DNA from: a candidate division FCPU426 bacterium
GTDB lineage: Bacteria > Oederibacteriota > Muellerivitia > Muellerivitales > Muellerivitaceae
DNA length: 64,000 nt
NCBI GenBank assembly: GCA_963796105.1
Contig: CAWCKJ010000004.1
Location: 576,001-640,000 of the forward strand
Direction: 5' to 3'
Made by a program: the position numbers and the translations under genes. Numbering within the stretch: the first letter of the stretch is position 1; the number at the start of each line of letters is the position of its first letter. Positions 40,600 to 49,536 of this stretch are shown piece after piece. Under the pieces are notes generated by a model, which saw only the letters and a program-made list of their open reading frames with translations, searched no databases and was not told the DNA's origin.

Positions 40600-41886
40600 T
40601 CAATGAACCCCGAATATTTCATTCAAGGTCGGGTGCGGGTGAACCACCCTTTCCAATTGGTCCAGGGTGGCCCCCAGCGCCGCCAGGACGCTGGCTTCCC
40701 CGATGAGATCGGTAGCCTCCGGCCCCGCCATTTGGAATCCCAATATCCTTCCGGTGTCCCCGTCCACGACCATCTTGCACCAACCCTGGATTTCCCCGAG
40801 GATGCGGGCCTTGGAATTGGCCGCGAAAGCATTCTTGCGGATCGTCACGTTCTTAAACTCTTTTCTGGCCTCCTCCTCGGTATAGCCGACCGCCGCGATC
40901 TCGGGGGAAGTGAATACCACATGGGGGATTTTCCTCTCATTCATCGCCTCCCTAGGCCCTCCCGGGTTAAAGGATCCGGCCAGGACGCGGGCGTGCTCAT
41001 AGGCCGTATGGGCGTAGGGATAATTCCCCGTCAGGTCGCCGATTGCGTAAACACCCTGCAAAGACGTTTCCATAAACCCATTGGTCACAATTTTTCCAGC
41101 CTGGGTTTTCAAACCCAGCAAGGGAATCCCGGCCATATCGGAATTCGGCGTCCGGCCGACTGCTACCAGAACCATTTCCTCGTCCCTGGGTTTGACCTCC
41201 GCGCCCAGATCCACCTCCACGCCCAGCCTCCGGATGGAATTCAAGAGAAGCTGTTCTAGCTCCTCGTCCATCGAGGGAAGGATTTTAGGCAGGATGTCGC
41301 CCAGCCTCACCTTCGCCCCCAGCTGGGCGTAAAGGCACGCGAATTCCAGGCCGATAACGCCGGCCCCAAGTATGAGCAGGCTTTTGGGAAGCCGGGGTTG
41401 GCTTAAAAGCTCGTCGCTGGTCACGATGTTTCCGCCGACAGGAAAGCCCGGGAGGATTTTGGGCCTGGAACCCAGGGCCAGCGCCAAATTTTCCACTTGG
41501 TAACTCTCCCCGCCGCACTCCACGAGATTTTTTTCCTTCACCGAAGCGTTTCCTTGGATCACCTCGACTTTTCCGGCGGAGAGCTGGCTGGCGATTCCCT
41601 TTTCCAGGATGCCCACCGTTTTTCGGATCCTCTCCGTGAGAATGGGAAATTGGAGCCTCACGTTATCGGCCTCGATACCCCAGGCTTTTCCCTCCTTGAC
41701 TAAGAAATGGAATCTCGAAGCCGCGGACTGGAGGAGTTTTGTGGGAATACAGCCCACGTGCAGGCAGGCGCCGCCCAGCTTGTTCTTCTCGAACAACGCC
41801 ACGCTCTTGCCTAGTTTGGCCAGGTTCAAGGCGGCGGTATAACCCCCTGGCCCCCCGCCCACGATCCCAAAATCGAATTTTTTCAT
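40600..41886 (-). CDS. lpdA: Dihydrolipoamide dehydrogenase (GCS L protein)
   Basis: GGGPGGY, GGACLHVGCIPTK redox disulfide and HPHPTLNE motifs. Confidence 0.93.
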   Translation of the reverse strand: MKKFDFGIVGGGPGGYTAALNLAKLGKSVALFEKNKLGGACLHVGCIPTKLLQSAASRFHFLVKEGKAWGIEADNVRLQFPILTERIRKTVGILEKGIASQLSAGKVEVIQGNASVKEKNLVECGGESYQVENLALALGSRPKILPGFPVGGNIVTSDELLSQPRLPKSLLILGAGVIGLEFACLYAQLGAKVRLGDILPKILPSMDEELEQLLLNSIRRLGVEVDLGAEVKPRDEEMVLVAVGRTPNSDMAGIPLLGLKTQAGKIVTNGFMETSLQGVYAIGDLTGNYPYAHTAYEHARVLAGSFNPGGPREAMNERKIPHVVFTSPEIAAVGYTEEEARKEFKNVTIRKNAFAANSKARILGEIQGWCKMVVDGDTGRILGFQMAGPEATDLIGEASVLAALGATLDQLERVVHPHPTLNEIFGVH

Positions 41887-41903
41887 GGAAACCCCTTCGT
41901 TAA

Positions 41904-42062
41904 GGGACGACCCTTCGGGTCGCCACTTGGACGGGGCATGCGCCGATTCACCATAAGCCTTATATGATAATCGGTGCTATACCGACCTCTATTAAAGCTT
42001 TATGGAAGGTCGGCATGGAACCCCGCCCAAGGACACGGCTAGGCACCCGGGTAAGCCCGGGA
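41904..42062. repeat. Cluster of REP-like hairpins, one interrupted by the double-hairpin module (41936-42017, minus orientation)
   Basis: GGGACGACCCTTCGGGTCGCC; TTGGACGGG-GCATG-[module]-GCATG-GAACCCCGCCCAA; CCCGGGTAAGCCCGGG. Confidence 0.75.
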
Positions 42063-42081
42063 CCTTGGCAGCCGGTAAAAA

Positions 42082-42795
42082 TCAATCCATTCTAAGCGAT
42101 TTGGAATACACGTCTGTGGGGAATTCGTTCTCAAACAATGCCCCGGCTTTCTCAAACGCCCTTGTGACAGCTTCTTCCACCTCGTTCTGGCTGGTTTCGG
42201 GAAGGCTCAGATCGTCGTTCAAACCGGACATGAGACCGGCTTTGGTTCCCGGGAAAAGGCCTTCCCAATCGGGGGCCACCGTCAGCAGGATCACCCCCTG
42301 CTGGAGAAAAACATTTTCCCGGCGGGCCTGGGCTCCTCCCGCGACTTTCTTTCCCCCCAGGGTCAACTCGGCGTAGGAAGGCGAGGAGAAACAATGACCC
42401 CTCTGGGAACCCGCGTGTTTTTCCGAGGAGAGCTGGACTTCCCTGCCCAAGGCTTTCAAGCCCCGGGCCAAAAGAGAGCTGATTCTCCCGTAACTTTCCA
42501 TCAGATCCCCCCCCACGAGCGGGTCGGATTGCGAGGCGATGACGGAATAGCAAAGATCCCCTTTTCCATGGAGAACCACCCTTCCGCCCGTCGGCCTGAT
42601 TTCATGGGGGAAAGACAGCCGTTTTAGGTTTAACTTCCGGGCTTCCAAGCGGCCAAGGGTTAAGGCGGGTTGCTCGAATCGGAAAAAGCGGAGAATAGGG
42701 GTTTGGCCTGAGACGAAATTTTTGAACAACTTCTCGTCAAAATCCATCTGGCCGGCCGGCGGCTTATGGGTGGATGGGATCAATCGCCATTTCAT
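42082..42795 (-). CDS. Lipoate-protein ligase / octanoyltransferase (LplA/LipM family)
   Basis: RPTGGRVVLH..DLCYSV, CF and KKVAGGAQ..LQQG motifs; adjacent to lpdA. Confidence 0.9.
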   Translation of the reverse strand: MKWRLIPSTHKPPAGQMDFDEKLFKNFVSGQTPILRFFRFEQPALTLGRLEARKLNLKRLSFPHEIRPTGGRVVLHGKGDLCYSVIASQSDPLVGGDLMESYGRISSLLARGLKALGREVQLSSEKHAGSQRGHCFSSPSYAELTLGGKKVAGGAQARRENVFLQQGVILLTVAPDWEGLFPGTKAGLMSGLNDDLSLPETSQNEVEEAVTRAFEKAGALFENEFPTDVYSKSLRMD

Positions 42796-42830
42796 CCGGT
42801 AATATTAAATTCTCGCGGGATCATTTGAAA

Positions 42831-43076
42831 TTAAAATATGTCTATTTCTTTACCGTCAAAAAGCCCGAAAGAGAGCTTTTCAGCCGCCCCCTCCAGCCGG
42901 TGCTGGAGCATCAGAACCGCCCAAGTCGGCGCGCAGCCCTTGATCACCACATGCTTCCCCTTGTAGGAGGCCGGATCCAACCCGGGCAATTTATTCAGCG
43001 CGGATTGTTCGGTGACCTTGCCATCCATCCCCGCGAGAATGTCGGTTTTCAGTTCCACCTTCTCAAGGATTTTCAT
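42831..43076 (-). CDS. Small protein resembling the DUF2480 C-terminal domain
   Basis: YKGKHVVIKGC..W..L..RL...A..LSFG pattern. Confidence 0.55.
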   Translation of the reverse strand: MKILEKVELKTDILAGMDGKVTEQSALNKLPGLDPASYKGKHVVIKGCAPTWAVLMLQHRLEGAAEKLSFGLFDGKEIDIF

Positions 43077-43156
43077 GGAGTCGGGTTTCCTCGCGCTGAG
43101 ATCTGTTTAAAACAAAAAAACAACCGGACATCTGTTTATTTATTGATTTTGGAAAT

Positions 43157-43480
43157 TTAAAAACTAACCGAATGACCGCAGCCGCAGGATCCCTTGGAAT
43201 TGGGATTTTCCACCACGAATCCCGCCCCCTTCAGGTCCTCCACGTAGTCGATCTTGGCGCCGTTGAGGTACTTCGCGCTCTGGGGGTCCACCAGGACTTC
43301 CAGTTCCCCCGCTTGGTTGATCTCGTCGTCGTCATGCTTTTGGTCGAAGGTGAACCCGTAGGAAAAGCCGTTGCACCCTCCCCCTTGGACGTAAACACGA
43401 AAAGCCTTGCCCTGGTAAGCAGAGTTTTTCTTGGCGAAATCCTTGACCTTATGGATGGCCGTTTCTGTCATTTGAACCAT
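43157..43480 (-). CDS. A-type Fe-S carrier (HesB/IscA/ErpA family)
   Basis: GGGCNGFSY..F..ENPN..SCGCGHS motifs. Confidence 0.93.
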   Translation of the reverse strand: MVQMTETAIHKVKDFAKKNSAYQGKAFRVYVQGGGCNGFSYGFTFDQKHDDDEINQAGELEVLVDPQSAKYLNGAKIDYVEDLKGAGFVVENPNSKGSCGCGHSVSF

Positions 43481-43549
43481 TGGAATCCTCCCCTTTATAT
43501 GAGAACAATTATCACTTAGACAGTAATATGCGCTCCGGGGAGGGGAGAG

Positions 43550-44080
43550 TCAAGGGGCCAAGCGTAATCCCGCCTGACCGTCCACTTTTTTCCCCTGGAT
43601 GAACAGCAAACCCACCCTGGAAGGCCCCTTTCCGGGAGAGCCTTCCGGCAAACGGCCAGAAAAGGAGCCGGGATTGAAAAAAAAGGTGTCCCCGACCTTG
43701 CGGGAAAAGGGCTCGAAGTTGCCCCCGTAAACGAGAATCTGGACGGGCTCCTCCTCGAACTGCTTCAACAGGAATTGCCTCAAGCCGTGGGGTTTGCCGT
43801 AGCCGTGCACCAGGCCCATAAGGTAGGGACCCTGCCTCCAGGCGATCCTCACGTAAAGTTCCGAGCGGACCATCGGGGTTTCGGCGTTCCCGCAGACGGC
43901 CTTGGTGGGCGCGATATTCTGGAGCTGTTCCAGCACCCTCAGGTCGCCGACGGGACCCGCGTGAAGGATGGCGTCCACGCCCTTGAAAACCCCGCGCAGG
44001 GCGGTCAACTGATGGGCCGTCAATAAACCCTGTGTATCCGCCAAAACCCCGAAAATCAAGGATGACTCCTTTTTTGACAA
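43550..44080 (-). CDS. YfcE/Vps29-like metallophosphoesterase-fold protein with substituted metal ligands
   Basis: GVLADTQG, ILHAGPVG, AVCGN, VHG and FFNPGS spacing typical of the family. Confidence 0.8.
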   Translation of the reverse strand: MSKKESSLIFGVLADTQGLLTAHQLTALRGVFKGVDAILHAGPVGDLRVLEQLQNIAPTKAVCGNAETPMVRSELYVRIAWRQGPYLMGLVHGYGKPHGLRQFLLKQFEEEPVQILVYGGNFEPFSRKVGDTFFFNPGSFSGRLPEGSPGKGPSRVGLLFIQGKKVDGQAGLRLAP

Positions 44081-44193
44081 CCAAGTTGTTTCACTCTAAA
44101 CTAAACCACAATTCTAGCGAAATAAAACAGGAATTTGAGGATTTTTGAACATTCAACGGGCATTGAGCCGCCTCAATTCCCCAAAGGCCGGAC

Positions 44194-45846
44194 ATGAAAA
44201 TCGCGGTTTGCCAGATCAATACCACCATCGGGGATTTCGACGGTAACGTGGAGAAGGTCTCCCAGTGCCTGAGAAAAGCCAAGGCCTCCGGCTGCGACCT
44301 GGCCCTCTTCCCGGAATTGACCCTGACGGGCTACCCGCCCCGGGACCTCCTGGATCGTTTCACCTTTTTCGAGCGCTCCCAAAAAGCCATCCAGCAGGTC
44401 GCCAAGCAGGCTGACGGAATCGTCGCGGTGGTGGGCTCCATTGTCGAGAACAAGGGGCCCGGTCATCCGCTTTTTAACGCGGCCTTGGCCTTGTTGGATG
44501 GACAGGTCCTTCAAACCTATAAGAAGGTCCTTCTTCCCAATTACGATGTCTTCGACGAGGCCCGCTATTTCTCCCCCGCTTCCCATCCCGAGCCTCCCTT
44601 CACCTATCGGGGCCTCAAGATCGCCCTCACCATTTGCGAGGACATCTGGAACATGGAGGGGGTTTACTCCCGCCGCCTCTACACCAAGGACCCCCTGGAG
44701 GAGATCGCCAAGTCAAAACCGGACCTGCTCTTGAACCTATCCGCGTCCCCCTTCCATGCCGCCAAGCTTTCCCTGCGGGAAAGGCTCCTGAAAAACGCCA
44801 CCCGCGTTGTCCAGGCTCCCGTCCTTTACTGCAACCTGGTCGGCGGGAATGACGAGCTGATATTCGACGGCTCAAGCATGGCTATGGACGCGGCGGGCAA
44901 CCTCTTCAACGTCGGGAAAAGCTTCGAGGAGGACTTCTTCATCTACGACACCGAAAGCCCTTCCCTGAAGCCGGGGCGCCCCTTGGAAAGCGAGACAGCC
45001 CGCGTTTACCAGGCGCTCGTCCTGGGGACTCGCGACTACGTGAGAAAATGCGGTTTCGAGAAGGTCCTGGTCGGGCTCTCCGGTGGGATCGACTCCTCGC
45101 TGGTGGCCTCCATCGCGGCGGAGGCTCTGGGTCCCGAGAATGTCATGGGCGTGACCATGCCTTCCCCTTTTTCCTCCAAAGGATCCATCCAGGATTCCAA
45201 GGATCTGGCCGGTGCGCTCGGCATCGAGTTCAAGGAAATCCCCATCAGCTCCCTTTTCAAGGAAACCCTGGATTGCCTGAAACCCTTTTTCGGGGGCAAA
45301 CCGGAGGACATCACCGAGGAGAACATCCAGGCCCGCCTGAGAGGCTTGCTCCTGATGGCCCTATCCAACAAGTTCCACCGGCTGATCCTCTCCACCGGCA
45401 ACAAGAGCGAGATGGCAGTTGGCTACTGCACTCTATACGGGGATATGTGCGGGGGTCTGGCGGTCATATCGGACGTCCCGAAAATGCTGGTTTACCAGCT
45501 ATCCCGGCACGTCAACCGCAAACTGACCTTGATCCCCGAGGAAGTATTCACCAAAGCGCCCTCCGCGGAACTTCGGCCCAACCAAACCGACCAGGATTCA
45601 CTCCCTCCATACGACCTGCTGGACGGGATCTTGAGGCTGTATGTGGAGGAAAACCTGCCCCCTTCCCACATCCGGAAGGCCGGGTTCGACCGGGGGTTGG
45701 TGGATCGGATGCTCAAATTGATCAACCAAAGCGAGTACAAACGAAGGCAGATGGCGCCAGGCTTGAAAGTGACGACCAAAGCCTTTGGAATGGGCCGGCG
45801 TTTCCCCATCGCCCAAAAATTCACGGAGGAGCCGGACAAGCCCTGA
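44194..45846 (+). CDS. nadE: Glutamine-dependent NAD+ synthetase
   Basis: Nitrilase domain (FPEL, LPNYDVFDE, ICEDIW) plus SGGIDS, ENIQAR, GNKSE and PSAEL. Confidence 0.96.
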   Translation: MKIAVCQINTTIGDFDGNVEKVSQCLRKAKASGCDLALFPELTLTGYPPRDLLDRFTFFERSQKAIQQVAKQADGIVAVVGSIVENKGPGHPLFNAALALLDGQVLQTYKKVLLPNYDVFDEARYFSPASHPEPPFTYRGLKIALTICEDIWNMEGVYSRRLYTKDPLEEIAKSKPDLLLNLSASPFHAAKLSLRERLLKNATRVVQAPVLYCNLVGGNDELIFDGSSMAMDAAGNLFNVGKSFEEDFFIYDTESPSLKPGRPLESETARVYQALVLGTRDYVRKCGFEKVLVGLSGGIDSSLVASIAAEALGPENVMGVTMPSPFSSKGSIQDSKDLAGALGIEFKEIPISSLFKETLDCLKPFFGGKPEDITEENIQARLRGLLLMALSNKFHRLILSTGNKSEMAVGYCTLYGDMCGGLAVISDVPKMLVYQLSRHVNRKLTLIPEEVFTKAPSAELRPNQTDQDSLPPYDLLDGILRLYVEENLPPSHIRKAGFDRGLVDRMLKLINQSEYKRRQMAPGLKVTTKAFGMGRRFPIAQKFTEEPDKP

Positions 45847-45886
45847 TTGCTTCCAGGGACTTGCCGCTTATTAAAAGGACAGGAAC

Positions 45887-46366
45887 GTGATTAAGAAAAG
45901 ATATAAAAAACCAATCGTCGAATTGACCAAGGAAATTCATTTCGAGGCTGCCCATTATCTGCATAACCCGAAATGGGACCGGGAAAAAAATCTTCAAATC
46001 TTCAAAAAATGCTCCGGTTTCCGCAAGGACAATCCAAAGGCTTCCGAGTATCCCCATGGCCATTCCTACAAGCTTCAGGTGACGATCCTGGGGCCGATCC
46101 ACCCCGAGACAGGCTTCGTGATTGATTTCAAGGCGCTGAAAGCCATTCTGGAGCAGTATATTTTCGCGTCCTTCGACCACCGCTTTCTTAATAAGGAAGT
46201 GGAGCCTTTCAAAAGCAATCCCTCCCTCCAGCCGACGGTGGAGAACCTTCTCCTGGTCATTTGGGAAAAATTGGAGCCTTTGCTAAGGAAGGAAAAAGTG
46301 GCCCTTCACGAGATCATTATTTGGGAAACCACCTCCAATTTCGCCAGCTACCGGGGGGAGCGTTAA
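45887..46366 (+). CDS. queD: 6-carboxytetrahydropterin synthase (PTPS/QueD family)
   Basis: FEAAH, C...HGHSY, VIDF, DHRFLN, PTVEN and WET motifs. Confidence 0.85.
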   Translation: MIKKRYKKPIVELTKEIHFEAAHYLHNPKWDREKNLQIFKKCSGFRKDNPKASEYPHGHSYKLQVTILGPIHPETGFVIDFKALKAILEQYIFASFDHRFLNKEVEPFKSNPSLQPTVENLLLVIWEKLEPLLRKEKVALHEIIIWETTSNFASYRGER

Positions 46367-46397
46367 TCGAAGGTTGAACGGCGCGGGTGAGGAATAG

Positions 46398-47072
46398 TTA
46401 GAGCCGGTCGGGCTCGTCGCAGGGCTCAATGCACTTTTCCCCGTCATGGTTGAGCATATTCACCCAGCCGTTCACTTGATAACATTCCATTTTTAAGGCG
46501 TCAAAGGGCCTGAAAAGCCTGTTAATCACCCGGAAATCCCGCACCTCCGAATCCAGCCAAGTGTCAAAATCCTTCTTTTCCACGATGACAGGCATCCGGT
46601 CCCGGATAACCCGGACGATCTCGTTGGGGTTGGTGGTGAGAATGGCGCAGACCTCCCGGGTTTGCTCCTCCAACTTTTGGGGAGCCCATAAACCCGCCAA
46701 GGCGAAGGGCTGACGGCTCTTGAGGCGGTAATAATAAGGGCGTGTTTCCTGGGCCTCATGCCTCCACTCGTAAAAACCATCCACTGGAATCAAACAGCGC
46801 CACTTCTCGAAGGATTCCGCTAAGATCGGCTTCTCGTCGATTTCCTCGCACCGGACGTTGGCCAGCAATCTTCCTCCCTGCGACCAGGAAGCCACGAAAC
46901 CCCATTGCAATAATTTCAACTGGCGTTTTTTCTCCTCGAGAGTATGGGTCACCACCGGAATGGTTTGAGAGGGGGCCACGTTATAACGGGGCTTCCATTC
47001 AAACGGTTCCTGAATCTGGAACAAATCCCCTATTTCTTTCGGTGTGCTTTTAAGGACGAATCGGGTGTACAT
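46398..47072 (-). CDS. SOS response-associated peptidase (SRAP/YedK/HMCES) homolog lacking the catalytic N-terminal Cys
   Basis: PRYNVAPSQ, WG, RCLIPVDGFYEW, FALAGLW, ILTT and DRMPVI..WL motifs; the N-terminus is MYTRF. Confidence 0.9.
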   Translation of the reverse strand: MYTRFVLKSTPKEIGDLFQIQEPFEWKPRYNVAPSQTIPVVTHTLEEKKRQLKLLQWGFVASWSQGGRLLANVRCEEIDEKPILAESFEKWRCLIPVDGFYEWRHEAQETRPYYYRLKSRQPFALAGLWAPQKLEEQTREVCAILTTNPNEIVRVIRDRMPVIVEKKDFDTWLDSEVRDFRVINRLFRPFDALKMECYQVNGWVNMLNHDGEKCIEPCDEPDRL

Positions 47073-47264
47073 GGGAACATCATAAATTAACTATTCCCAT
47101 TATGGAAAATCTTCCAGCAACGAAAAGCCCTTGTAAAACCATTAAATTTGGTGGTTTTTAAAATATTTTTGAAAATCTTTGCATTAAATCAGCCGATGGC
47201 CGTCTAGAGGCTGAAATATAGAAAATCCTTTTCTCGGGATTTCAAAACCTATCAGGAGACCAAT

Positions 47265-47336
47265 ATGAATCGAGACCTCATTCTTCACGCGGGAGCTCTT
47301 TTAGTTTTGGGAGTTTTATCCCTCTTGGGAGGATGA
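47265..47336 (+). CDS. Possible 23-aa hydrophobic peptide or signal-peptide remnant
   Basis: AGGAG RBS then MNRDLILHAGALLVLGVLSLLGG*. Confidence 0.4.
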   Translation: MNRDLILHAGALLVLGVLSLLGG

Positions 47337-47623
47337 AGGCAACTCATAGGTCTCAGGACTTACCCAGGATGCCCATGGATGCATACTAGCCATCGCTAGA
47401 AAGACTCAGAATGGAGAGGTTCTTTATCGGCTAAAAAGCGATCTGACCTGGAAACCTCTCAAAAAAATAGGGCTAAAAGCCCCTGTAAATTCAGGGGTTT
47501 TTGACTATTTTCATGTTTTTTTGCAATAAATTCGCCCTTTACCGTCTAGAGGGTAGAAAATGTGAACATATTCTTCAGGTCTATGAAGCATTTTCGGATG
47601 CCAGATTAGGCTCGGAGGTAATT

Positions 47624-49372
47624 ATGAATCGAAAGATATATTTTCAGGTCTCGTCTCTCACGGCGATTTTGGTTTTGACCCAGATGCTAGGATGTACCAA
47701 GACCATATCTTACCCCTCCGCCCCAAACCGATCCGTGACCAATACTCCAACGGACACGATAACACCCACACCATCCCTCACTGAAACACCCTCAACCACT
47801 TCCACCCCGACCATTTTCAGTTCCACCAATACTCCCATTCTCACTGCTACTCCAACTAATACATCCACCCTTTCCTATACTTTCACGCCTATGCCTACCG
47901 ATACCCCGACTTGGACATTCACAGATTTTCCAACCGCGACTCCCTCGCCCACACCCACGAATACGCCGACCTTCTCTCCCACCTCAACATATACGCCGTC
48001 CCTGACGCCTACTCCGACTGGTGGAGGACCCGTTAACACGAATACGCCTAGCCCAACCTATACCCTCACGAACACCCTGACGCGGACACCCACAACTACC
48101 AACACACCAACTGGCTGTGAAACACCAACCCCTTCTTCATCTTTCACTCCCACACATACCCCCACACCTACTCTCACTTTCACTAGTACTATTACCCCTC
48201 CGCCCGCCAATACTGCGACATACACATTCACTTGGACTCATACTCCAACTTTCACTTACACCTATACCGCACTACCCCTTAATTCTCCGACATTTACCTT
48301 CACCTATACGCAAACTCCGACCTTCACTTACACCTATTCCTACACTCCCTCCATCACCCTCACAGCCTCAAACACCTTGACGATCACTCCGACTGTGACA
48401 CCTACCTATACCGGAGGAGGCCCGGTGAAAACAAATACCCCCACTAATACCTCCACCCCGACTTGGACACCAAGACCAAACACCAACACCCCCACGCCAT
48501 GCCCGACAAACACCCGCACCATCACACCAACTAATACCCCCACAAGAACCGTAACCAATACCACTACCCCTACGACGACTCCCACCCCATGGCCGACAGG
48601 TGTTGCCACTTATACCTATACGATCACCCTTACATCCACTAATACTTTTACCATCACTAACACTCCGACTATTACCAGTACTCCAACTTGGACCTTTACC
48701 CCAACCATCACCTCCACACCCACAGGCACTTTTACTCCGAACGCAACCGCTACCGCTTGCAATTACTCCAATTTCGGGACAAACCAAGTCCAACAAGGGT
48801 TGGAAGGTTATGGAGCCCCTCAGCTATTGCTCAACCGTTATCAGGCTTCCCTGGACATGACTCTCTATACCATTTCCAGTTACTTGGGATCGAGCGGTTC
48901 TGGCCGATGCCAATACGCTATTTATTCCGACAACGGATCCGGGACTTCTCCCGCCAACCTTTTAGGACAAACCAGTCCTCAAAGTTTTTCCGGTACCGGC
49001 TGGTTTACTGTCCCTCTCATAAATCCAATTTCAATTAACAGCGGAACCTACTACTGGCTGGCCGTAGTTACCGACCAAAATATATCCGTGTCCTATGGAA
49101 CAACCGCTGTTTCGGCCGGCTACTATGGCGTTACTATGGGTTCCTTGCCGTCGAACATGTCTGTGAGTTCGAGCACGGGTTTTCTAATGTCCCTTTACGC
49201 CATGGGATGCCCCGCCATTCCCATGACTTGGACCCCCACTCCCACCGCCACTAATACCTTCACGCTGATACCAACTCCAACAGGGACCATTCCGACACCA
49301 ACTATTACCCCTACACCAACCAATACTCCGACATTCACGCGTACCCCGACGGTGACTGCGACCGCGACATAA
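47624..49372 (+). CDS. Thr/Pro-rich lipoprotein with a C-terminal beta-sandwich domain
   Basis: GGAGG RBS; lipobox MLG|C; long TP tract; AIYSDNG..P.NLLG..GWFTVPL..GTYYWLAV domain. Confidence 0.85.
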   Translation: MNRKIYFQVSSLTAILVLTQMLGCTKTISYPSAPNRSVTNTPTDTITPTPSLTETPSTTSTPTIFSSTNTPILTATPTNTSTLSYTFTPMPTDTPTWTFTDFPTATPSPTPTNTPTFSPTSTYTPSLTPTPTGGGPVNTNTPSPTYTLTNTLTRTPTTTNTPTGCETPTPSSSFTPTHTPTPTLTFTSTITPPPANTATYTFTWTHTPTFTYTYTALPLNSPTFTFTYTQTPTFTYTYSYTPSITLTASNTLTITPTVTPTYTGGGPVKTNTPTNTSTPTWTPRPNTNTPTPCPTNTRTITPTNTPTRTVTNTTTPTTTPTPWPTGVATYTYTITLTSTNTFTITNTPTITSTPTWTFTPTITSTPTGTFTPNATATACNYSNFGTNQVQQGLEGYGAPQLLLNRYQASLDMTLYTISSYLGSSGSGRCQYAIYSDNGSGTSPANLLGQTSPQSFSGTGWFTVPLINPISINSGTYYWLAVVTDQNISVSYGTTAVSAGYYGVTMGSLPSNMSVSSSTGFLMSLYAMGCPAIPMTWTPTPTATNTFTLIPTPTGTIPTPTITPTPTNTPTFTRTPTVTATAT

Positions 49373-49536
49373 ATTTATCCTTAAACGCCTCATTCTCCGA
49401 TCCAATATATTGAAGTCCTCGCTCTTAACCGCTGTTTCCCAAATATAACCCCTAAAACAAAAAAGCCTATCCACAACTGTGGACAAGCCAATAATTCCTA
49501 AGGGATGTTTCTTTCCAAAAAATTATTTGAATTATT

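Noticed and set aside
49467..49486. Inverted pair of DnaA-box-like 9-mers (CTATCCACA / TGTGGACAA)
   Set aside because: Only two imperfect boxes between convergent genes with no origin context; more simply a terminator-like hairpin.
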